From contig JAITJU010000181.1 in assembly GCA_031278735.1 (NCBI GenBank), positions 1-33,826 on the forward strand: DNA of 33,826 nucleotides. The letters run 5' to 3'. Position numbers and translations under genes: made by a program. Positions 23,076-30,147 of this stretch are shown piece by piece. The notes beneath the pieces are model-generated. The model worked only from the letters and a program-made list of their open reading frames with translations. It was not told the DNA's origin and searched no databases. This stretch comes from Zoogloeaceae bacterium. GTDB lineage: Bacteria; Pseudomonadota; Gammaproteobacteria; Burkholderiales; Rhodocyclaceae. Numbering within the stretch: position 1 is the first letter of the stretch; each line of letters starts with the position of its first letter.

Positions 23076-24200
23076 ATGAACGACATTGCAACACCCTCCC
23101 GTATCGCCCCTGCGGCATCCCAACTGCCGATAGATTGGTATTTTGACGAAACCATTCACGCGCTGGAAAAAGAGCGTATCTTCGCGGCAGGCCCCGGCTA
23201 CGTCGGCCATCGGCTCATGGCGCCGGAATCCGGCGATTACCGCTCGCTGGAATGGCGGGATCACGGCAAGCTGATTTTGAATCACGCGGGCGAACACTGG
23301 CTGATGTCCAATGTCTGCCGCCACCGCCAGGCCATCATGTTGCAGGGCGCGGGGAAGCTTTCCGGCAACCTCGTCTGTCCGATCCATCGCTGGACTTACG
23401 ATAACGTCGGCGCGCTCATCGGCGCGCCGCATTTCCCGGAAAATCCCTGCCTCAACCTGAACAGGACGAAGCTGGAAAACTGGAACGGGCTGCTCTTTCA
23501 GGGGCCGCGCCCGGTCAGGGACGATCTGGCCGGAATGCGGGTGGCGCAAACCTTCGATTTTTCCGGTTACAAGCTCGATCGGGTGGAACTGCACGAATGC
23601 AACTACAACTGGAAAACCTTCATCGAGGTCTATCTGGAGGATTACCACGTCGCGCCCTTCCATCCCGGCCTCGGCAATTTCGTCACCTGCGACGACCTTT
23701 CCTGGCAATTCGGGGAATGGTATTCCGTGCAGAAAGTCGGCATCACCTCGCTGATGAAATCCGGCTCCGCCGTCTATGACCGCTGGCAGAAAGTGGTGCG
23801 CGAATACTATGGCGACCGGGGCGAGACGCCGATGCAGGGCGCGGTGTGGCTCACCTATTACCCGAACATCATGGTGGAGTGGTATCCGCACGTGCTGGCG
23901 GTTTCCACTGTGCTGCCGCAAGGCGTGCACAAGACCCTGAACGTGGTGGAATTCTATTACCCGGAAGAAATCGTGGATTTCGAGCGCGAATTCATCGAAG
24001 CCGAACAGGCCGCCTACATGGAGACCGCCATCGAGGACGACGACATTGGCGAGCGCATGGATAGAGGCCGCATCGCGCTGGAAAGGGAAGGAAGAAACGA
24101 GGTCGGCCCCTACCAAAGCCCGATGGAAGACGGGATGCGGCATTTTCACGAGTTCTACCGGAACGCGATGGAAGCCGCCATTTGCGCGGCGCGGCGCTAG
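23076..24200 (+). CDS. Rieske non-heme iron oxygenase alpha subunit, putrescine 2-hydroxylase-like
   Basis: Rieske CRH..CPIH motif; mononuclear Fe ligands EDYH..FH and EDD. SQLP..YFD start and GPYQSPMEDGM.HFHEFY end recall the betaproteobacterial putrescine hydroxylase family. GGAG RBS 8 nt upstream of ATG 23076. Confidence 0.8.
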   Translation: MNDIATPSRIAPAASQLPIDWYFDETIHALEKERIFAAGPGYVGHRLMAPESGDYRSLEWRDHGKLILNHAGEHWLMSNVCRHRQAIMLQGAGKLSGNLVCPIHRWTYDNVGALIGAPHFPENPCLNLNRTKLENWNGLLFQGPRPVRDDLAGMRVAQTFDFSGYKLDRVELHECNYNWKTFIEVYLEDYHVAPFHPGLGNFVTCDDLSWQFGEWYSVQKVGITSLMKSGSAVYDRWQKVVREYYGDRGETPMQGAVWLTYYPNIMVEWYPHVLAVSTVLPQGVHKTLNVVEFYYPEEIVDFEREFIEAEQAAYMETAIEDDDIGERMDRGRIALEREGRNEVGPYQSPMEDGMRHFHEFYRNAMEAAICAARR

Positions 24201-24215
24201 GCAAGGCGCGCGGTC

Positions 24216-26897
24216 CTATTCCTTCCGCTTCCTGGGCGGCGTCTCCGCCCGCGGCGGCGGTACTCTTGCCTGCGGCGGCGCATCATCTCCCGCCTGCGGC
24301 TCCGCCGCTTTTACCTGTTGCGGCGCGAGGGCGGCGCTGGCGCGGCGAAAAAGCTGAATCTGGATGTTCAGCTTGCGGTGGGCGCGGGCGCGGCGGCGCG
24401 AGTGGAAAATGACAAGGCCGATTACGCCGGTAATCGCAGCGGCCACGGCATAATAAATGCCGCTGTTGCCGCCGAAAAAAAATAAAGCGAGCAAAATGAC
24501 GCAGCCTATCCAGAACGAACGCGGTGGCCGCAGGATGATGCGGGCTTGTTCCTCGTGCATATCCAGCGCGTCCAGCGCGCTTTCCAGTTGCAGGGCCAGG
24601 TATTCCATGCTGTTTACGTGCTGCGTCAGGCGCAGGAAGCTTTCTTCCGTATAGCGCATCGAAGCCAGGCGCGCGGCGAGGCCGTGCAGCTCGCTGCACG
24701 CCTGCCGCCATTCCTGGCGCGCGTCCGCGTTGCTGGCCTCGCCGATCACGTAGAAGGTTTGCAATATCCGCAGGAATTCCTGCCGCCAGACGTCGATGGC
24801 GCTTTCGCGTTTTTCCTGCGCGCTCTTGCGGCGTTCGTGCTCGGCCTGCATGGATTCCCGCGTGGCCTCGCGCAAGCGCCAGGCCGCCAGCAGCAAGGCG
24901 TTCTGTTTTTCCGGCGTGAAGCCCGCGTCCGGCGCTTGCCATTTTCCGACCAGATGCGCGAACCAGGGCGCGGATTCGGAAAAATGCGTCAATGCCTGTT
25001 CCACATCCGCGCGCAGGGCGGCAAGGAATTTCGGATCGTACAGGGAAAGCAGGACGATGCCATGCCAGGTGGCGCGCCTGGGCGGGCGAATTTCCGCGTT
25101 CCAGCCATAGACGGCTGCGTCGAAATTGACGTCGGCGGTATTTTTTTTGCCGGGTTCCGAGGGAAGACGGGAGCGCCAGCGAAGGTACGCTTCCCTGGCC
25201 ACTTCCCAGGCGCGCTGCGCGATGTCGACCTGCTGACGCCAGCGCGCGCTCAAGACGGCGAAATCCGTGTTCGCGTCGGCGGGAAAAAGGCGCAGGGCGT
25301 CTTCGGCAAACAGGCTTTCCAGCCAGGCGCGCGCCGCGTCGGCGGCTTCGCCCGTCTTGACGGCCAAGCGCGCCTTTCCGAGCAGCGCCTTCAGGCTGGC
25401 GGACTCGCCGCGCCAGACAGGCGGCATGTCGGGCGCGGCGACCAGCAGAAAGCGCAACAGGCGGCGATCGTCAGGCTCGCCGCGCAGATCCATGATGTCG
25501 CTCAGTTTGCGGATCAGGTCGAAGTCGTGCAATTCCATTTTCAGCCAGTTCATGATCAGCCCGCGCGCCAGATCGTGCGCGCCTTCCTGCCAGTTGGCCG
25601 CCAACGCCAGCGCCAGTTCCCCGCTATTTTTCGCCGTGTGCTTGCCCAGTTGGTAAGGATGCTCGGCTTCCACGCCGGATTCCTGGGGCGCGACCAGGCT
25701 CACGTCGCCCGCCAGCCAGCGCGCCACTTCCGCCGCGCCGAAGCGCCGCGCCGGATCGCGCAGCAACAGGCCGCGGCACAGCAGGGCAAGCCCCTTGTCC
25801 GCGACGCCATTGATTTCCACCGGGCGCGTCATCAGATGGTAGTTGACGACCTGTTCCGAAAGGCCGTCGAACGGATGGCGGCCAGAAGCGGCTTCCAGCA
25901 GGATCATGCCCAGCGACCACCAGTCGGCCTTGGCGTCGAGCACGCCGGTCATGGCTTCGGGTGCGGCGTATTTCACCGTGCGGGCGCCGTCGGTGAAATG
26001 GCGCGTTCCATCGAAGAGCGAAGCAATGCCGAAATCGGTGAGCGCCAGCGACAGCGGCGATTGGCGGCGCAGCAAGACATTTTCCGGCTTCAAGTCGCGG
26101 TGCAGGATATGCGCCGCATGGACTTCCGTCAGCCCCGCAGCCAGTTCGCGGACAAGTTCCGTCAGCCGCTCCCGACTCATCGGGCCGCTTTTCATCAGGG
26201 CGCGCAGACTGCCGACGCGACAATATTCCATGACTTCCCAGGCGGCGTCCCCATCATTGCCATATTCCATGATGCGCACCACATGCGTCCCCGCCGTCGC
26301 CAGTTTTTTCAGGAGCGCCTGATCCGGCGCGATGCCGCGCCGATAAATCTTGGCGACCCGCTGTTCGCCGCCGGAAATCTCTTCCACGATCAGCAAATCC
26401 GCTTCACTGCCCGCGGCGGGCAATTCGTCGATGATGCGAAAACGTTCGGCCAGCGCGGCGGGCAAAACCATGCGCGAACGCCGCCGCTCCCTTGGCGCCG
26501 GAATGGCGGCGGCCAATTCCGGCGGCGCAAGCTCGAATGCCGCCGCTGTCCCCGCCGCCGCCGTTTCGTCCGGCAAGGGCGCAAAGGCGGGATCGGCGGC
26601 GACGGCAACGGGTAACGGCGTGTTGCAATACAGGCAGCGCAAACTACCCGGCGGATTCTGTTGTCCGCACTCCGGATCGGGGCAACGCGTTCCCTCGGCG
26701 GAAACGGGCGGCGCGCTTGCCTCCGGCGCTTTTGCCGTCTTTGCCGCTGGCGGGGGGGCTGCTGCGGATTCTCCTGTCCGCGCCGAAGGCAGGGAAAAAT
26801 CCACCTCCGACAGCAGACTGGCGCAACAAGAGCAGGTGGCGCGCTCGGCTGGGTTTTCCGTATCGCAAACGGGGCAGACGCGCACATAGGTCTTCAT
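24216..26897 (-). CDS. Hanks-type Ser/Thr protein kinase with two N-terminal zinc ribbons and two C-terminal TM helices
   Basis: 893 aa; CPVC..N..CSCC and CPDPEC..N..CLYC; VAKIY, HRDLKPENV, DFG, YAAPE, DWWSLG; two hydrophobic segments near the C-terminus; GAGGGA RBS. Confidence 0.9.
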   Translation of the reverse strand: MKTYVRVCPVCDTENPAERATCSCCASLLSEVDFSLPSARTGESAAAPPPAAKTAKAPEASAPPVSAEGTRCPDPECGQQNPPGSLRCLYCNTPLPVAVAADPAFAPLPDETAAAGTAAAFELAPPELAAAIPAPRERRRSRMVLPAALAERFRIIDELPAAGSEADLLIVEEISGGEQRVAKIYRRGIAPDQALLKKLATAGTHVVRIMEYGNDGDAAWEVMEYCRVGSLRALMKSGPMSRERLTELVRELAAGLTEVHAAHILHRDLKPENVLLRRQSPLSLALTDFGIASLFDGTRHFTDGARTVKYAAPEAMTGVLDAKADWWSLGMILLEAASGRHPFDGLSEQVVNYHLMTRPVEINGVADKGLALLCRGLLLRDPARRFGAAEVARWLAGDVSLVAPQESGVEAEHPYQLGKHTAKNSGELALALAANWQEGAHDLARGLIMNWLKMELHDFDLIRKLSDIMDLRGEPDDRRLLRFLLVAAPDMPPVWRGESASLKALLGKARLAVKTGEAADAARAWLESLFAEDALRLFPADANTDFAVLSARWRQQVDIAQRAWEVAREAYLRWRSRLPSEPGKKNTADVNFDAAVYGWNAEIRPPRRATWHGIVLLSLYDPKFLAALRADVEQALTHFSESAPWFAHLVGKWQAPDAGFTPEKQNALLLAAWRLREATRESMQAEHERRKSAQEKRESAIDVWRQEFLRILQTFYVIGEASNADARQEWRQACSELHGLAARLASMRYTEESFLRLTQHVNSMEYLALQLESALDALDMHEEQARIILRPPRSFWIGCVILLALFFFGGNSGIYYAVAAAITGVIGLVIFHSRRRARAHRKLNIQIQLFRRASAALAPQQVKAAEPQAGDDAPPQARVPPPRAETPPRKRKE

Positions 26898-26909
26898 GCG
26901 GCTATCCCT

Positions 26910-27578
26910 CTACCTGCGCCACGAAACCGCGGACATATGAAGGCCGCGTCGGGCACACAGGTCTTCCAGCGCCGCCATGTCGCCGCGCGCGGGAATGCCG
27001 ATCATCCAGACGCGCCCTCCTTCGACGCTCACTTGCAGACGTTTTTCATTTACGGACGGCCATTTTGCCGGATCGCCATAGCGCGCTTTCCCCAGCGGCG
27101 AGAGCGGCAGCAGCGGCTGATTGGCCGAGCCGCGCCAGCAGCCGCCTTCCGGCAGCGCATCGACATAGGGTTCCGGGGCCAGCGCGTCCAGTTTTTTCAG
27201 CAAGGCGCCATGCCGGGCCTGCAGGGTCGAAAAGGGATAACCGCTGTAGCAAAACACGTCCAGCGCCAGATTTTCCCGCCGCCGCCAGCGGTGAATGCCG
27301 TCAAGCAGCGCATTCAGCGCCTGCGGCTGATCGAAGGGTTCTCCGCCGGAAATGGTCACGCCATCCACGCCCTCCTTGCCCTTTTGTCGGCACCAGGTCA
27401 GCATATCGGCCACGCGCACCCATGCGCCCGCCGTTTCGTCCCAGGTGTCCTGCGACACGCAGCCCTTGCAGCGGATGCGGCACCCCTGAAACCAGACGCC
27501 AATCCGCCGCCCATGACCCAGTACCGTGACCGGATAATGCGCCTTGTTCAGGCGAAGCGAAAAGGAAGCGGCAGCCAA
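26910..27578 (-). CDS. NrdG-like small radical-SAM (4Fe-4S) protein
   Basis: CRIRCKGC (CX3CX2C), GVTISGGEPFDQ, YSGY, WRGSANQ. TTG start without a clear RBS. Confidence 0.88.
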   Translation of the reverse strand: MAAASFSLRLNKAHYPVTVLGHGRRIGVWFQGCRIRCKGCVSQDTWDETAGAWVRVADMLTWCRQKGKEGVDGVTISGGEPFDQPQALNALLDGIHRWRRRENLALDVFCYSGYPFSTLQARHGALLKKLDALAPEPYVDALPEGGCWRGSANQPLLPLSPLGKARYGDPAKWPSVNEKRLQVSVEGGRVWMIGIPARGDMAALEDLCARRGLHMSAVSWRR

Positions 27579-27619
27579 AATATGTCGTCTGGCATCAGAA
27601 GGAAAGAAGGAATTCTATA

Positions 27620-27847
27620 TTACCTGCGCCGCAACACGAACTCGAACACGCCCTGGTTTTCCGCCTGCGCCAGCAGGACATTGCCGCTTTGTTCGGCAAA
27701 GGCGGGAAAATCTTGCCGCGCGCCAGGGTCGGTCGCCAGCACCCTGAGCGTTCGCCCGCTTTCCATGCCCGCCAGCGCCTTCTTGGTGCGCAGGATGGGC
27801 AGGGGGCAATTCAGCCCGCGCACATCGATTTCGTGGTCAACATCCAT
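27620..27847 (-). CDS. tusA: TusA/SirA-family sulfur carrier
   Basis: 75 aa; DVRGLNCPLP (CPxP), LATDPG..DF..F. Confidence 0.9.
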   Translation of the reverse strand: MDVDHEIDVRGLNCPLPILRTKKALAGMESGRTLRVLATDPGARQDFPAFAEQSGNVLLAQAENQGVFEFVLRRR

Positions 27848-28178
27848 GCATGAAAATTCCTGACGTCATTTGATACATTACGTGCAAACGCCGTCGGCAT
27901 CAAAACCGTCGGCGGCGAAATGGCGCAACGCCTTGCCGTTCCGCCAGGGCGGACGACGCGGCGGGGCATCCGCTCCGACAACATTTTCCGCCGTCCGCCG
28001 CGAACTTTCAAGCGCGGCGCAGGAGGCGCGCAAGGATTCCCGAATGCGCCTCTCCCCGTCGGAGCGCAACAATGACGACGCGATGCGGTATGCCGCTTGT
28101 TTCCGGCGTCTCGTTCGGACGAACGGAGGTTTTTTCTGCCGCGCAAGCTCCCAGTGCGCAACGCCAAGGGGCAGAGGC

Positions 28179-28200
28179 GCAACCACGCTGCAACCACGCT
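28179..28200. repeat. 11-bp perfect tandem duplication
   Basis: GCAACCACGCT x2. Confidence 0.8.
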
Positions 28201-28304
28201 TTTTCCCCTTTCGGGATTTTTCGCGCGGGCGCGCTCGCGCCGCGCTGAGAGAACCCGCCTGGTTCGTATCGATGGGCTTGCGTCGGCTGTTTTGCAGAAA
28301 ATGC

Positions 28305-28340
28305 TTGCAGTTTTCCGTGTTTCCCCTAAAATTGCGCCGG
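28305..28340 (+). promoter_or_regulatory. Stable-RNA-type sigma70 promoter of tRNA-Arg
   Basis: TTGCAG-16 nt-TAAAAT followed by a GC-rich discriminator TGCGCCGG. Confidence 0.65.
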
Positions 28341-28351
28341 TTTTTGGCAGC

Positions 28352-28428
28352 GCGCCCGTAGCTCAGCTGGATAGAGTACTTGGCTACGAACCAAGGGGTC
28401 GGGCGTTCGAATCGCTCCGGGCGCGCCA
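28352..28428 (+). tRNA. tRNA-Arg(ACG)
   Basis: Acceptor stem GCGCCCG/CGGGCGC, D-loop AGCTGGATA, anticodon arm CTTGG-CTACGAA-CCAAG, TTCGAAT T-loop, encoded CCA; 77 nt. Confidence 0.97.
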
Positions 28429-28510
28429 ATCATTTCCATGTCGGGGAAGCTGTGTTGCATGTCTCCCGATGTCTTCATCCTCACTTTTTTACGCAGGAAG
28501 CACAAACACC

Positions 28511-28810
28511 ATGAATCTGAACAAAACCGAGCTGGTAGAAGCCCTGGCCGCCAAAGCCGAAATTTCCAAAACCGCGGCGGGCAATGCCCTGGAGGCGCTG
28601 CTGGAAGTCATCACGGAAACCCTGGTCAAGAATGACGGCATTTCCCTGATTGGCTTCGGCAGCTTTACAGTGAGCAAACGCGCCGCGCGCACGGGGCGCA
28701 ATCCGCAAACCGGCGCCCCCCTGAAAATCGCGGCTTCCCGCGTCGCCAAATTCTCCGCGGGCGCCAAGCTGAAGGCCGCGCTGAATACGACCAAGGGCAA
28801 GAAGAACTGA
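28511..28810 (+). CDS. hup: HU family DNA-binding protein
   Basis: MNLNKTELVEALA, LIGFGSF, RAARTGRNPQTG, KFSAGAKLK; 99 aa. Confidence 0.95.
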   Translation: MNLNKTELVEALAAKAEISKTAAGNALEALLEVITETLVKNDGISLIGFGSFTVSKRAARTGRNPQTGAPLKIAASRVAKFSAGAKLKAALNTTKGKKN

Positions 28811-28821
28811 GTTTCCTGTCT

Positions 28822-28847
28822 TGCGCGCCCGTGGAACCGGGCGCGCA
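28822..28847. terminator. Hairpin between convergent hup and dinB
   Basis: TGCGCGCCCG-6 nt-CGGGCGCGCA. Confidence 0.5.
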
Positions 28848-28920
28848 GAAGGCGCATTCGGGCGTCATCCGCTTGGGCGCGCAAACCCATATCCGCCAGA
28901 CCGGTTCCGGTCTGGCGTTT

Positions 28921-30108
28921 TCATGTCGGGAACGGCAATTCGTTCTGCCGGGGTCTTGGCGTTGACGCGGCTTGCGCGGCGGCCTCATCGCGCCTCGTTA
29001 AATTGCCGCATCGCACGCCCAGAAGCCGGATGCGGCGCTGGTCGGCTTCCGTGAAGAGTTTGCCTTTCAGGCAGCGGCGGGCGGCGTGGAGCAGGTTTTC
29101 GGCGTCGGACATGACTTCTGGCCAGGTGATTTCCCGCGTGACGAGATGAAAGTCGGCAAAGCGCAGTTTGACGCCGATGGTGCAGCCCGCGTAGCCTTTC
29201 CGTTCCAGGTCTTCGGCAAGCCGCGCGCAGAGCGCGGCAAGCTGCGCGGAGAGTTCGGCGCGGTCGCGGCGCACGTGCAGGTCGCGTTCAAAAGTGGTTT
29301 CCCGGCTGAAGCTCTTGGGCGCGCGCCAGGTGACGACAGGGCTGTCATCCATGCCGTTGGCGGCGCGGTGAAGCCAGACGCCCGCGCGAGGGCCAAAGTC
29401 TTGCGTCAGCGTGTCGACAGGTGTTTTGGCAAGTTCTCCGATGTGATGAATGCCCAGTTTTTCCAGATGCGCGGCGGTCTTCGCGCCGATGCCGTTGATT
29501 TTCTTGACGTGCAGCGGCCAGATGCGAACGGCCAGATCTTCCGGCGACAGCACGGTAATGCCGTCCGGCTTTTGCAGATCGGAGCCGATTTTGGCGAGCA
29601 GTTTGTTGGCGGCGACGCCCACGGAACAGGTCAGGCCGGTCGCGGCGAAGACGGCGGCCTTGATGCGTTGCGCCAGCGGCAGCGTAGCGTCCGCGAGTTC
29701 CGTGAGATCGATGTAGATTTCGTCGATGCCGCGATCTTCGATAGTGGACGCGATTTGCGCGACGACGGCCTTGAAGCGGCGGGACGTGTCGCGGTAGGCG
29801 TCGAAGCGGGCAGGCAGGAGGATGGCCTCCGGCGCGAGTTGCGCCGAGCGCATCAGGCTCATGCCGGAAAAAACGCCCAGGGCGCGCGCTTCGTAAGTGG
29901 AAGTTGTCACCACGCCCCGCCCGCCGTAACTTTTCAGGCGCGCGAATTCATGGCGTCCGTCCGGCAATGATCGCGGCGGCGCGATTCCGGCGCCGCCCAC
30001 CACGACCGGCAAACCGCGTAATTCCGGGTAGGACAGGAGTTCCACGGAAGCAAAGAAGGCGTCCATGTCCAAATGGGCAATGCGGCGGGGCAGGGGAGGG
30101 GCGGACAA
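28921..30108 (-). CDS. dinB: DNA polymerase IV
   Basis: HLDMDAFFASVE, YEARALGV, IDEIYIDLT, NKLLAKIGSD..KPDG, GIG, KS.SRETTF; TTG start. Confidence 0.95.
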   Translation of the reverse strand: MSAPPLPRRIAHLDMDAFFASVELLSYPELRGLPVVVGGAGIAPPRSLPDGRHEFARLKSYGGRGVVTTSTYEARALGVFSGMSLMRSAQLAPEAILLPARFDAYRDTSRRFKAVVAQIASTIEDRGIDEIYIDLTELADATLPLAQRIKAAVFAATGLTCSVGVAANKLLAKIGSDLQKPDGITVLSPEDLAVRIWPLHVKKINGIGAKTAAHLEKLGIHHIGELAKTPVDTLTQDFGPRAGVWLHRAANGMDDSPVVTWRAPKSFSRETTFERDLHVRRDRAELSAQLAALCARLAEDLERKGYAGCTIGVKLRFADFHLVTREITWPEVMSDAENLLHAARRCLKGKLFTEADQRRIRLLGVRCGNLTRRDEAAAQAASTPRPRQNELPFPT

Positions 30109-30147
30109 TTTATGCGGGGATGGGCGCGGCGGGCGGGCGCAGACGAT

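Noticed and set aside
24546-26615. 689-aa plus-strand ORF
   Set aside because: Antisense shadow of the kinase.
27870-28510. ORFs overlapping tRNA-Arg, and the long N-terminal extension of the HU ORF
   Set aside because: They read through a tRNA gene; HU starts at 28511 behind an AGGAAG RBS.
28352-28510. tRNA-Arg as an integration site for the kinase module
   Set aside because: No integrase and no duplicated tRNA 3' end seen; the module lies on the 5' side of the tRNA.
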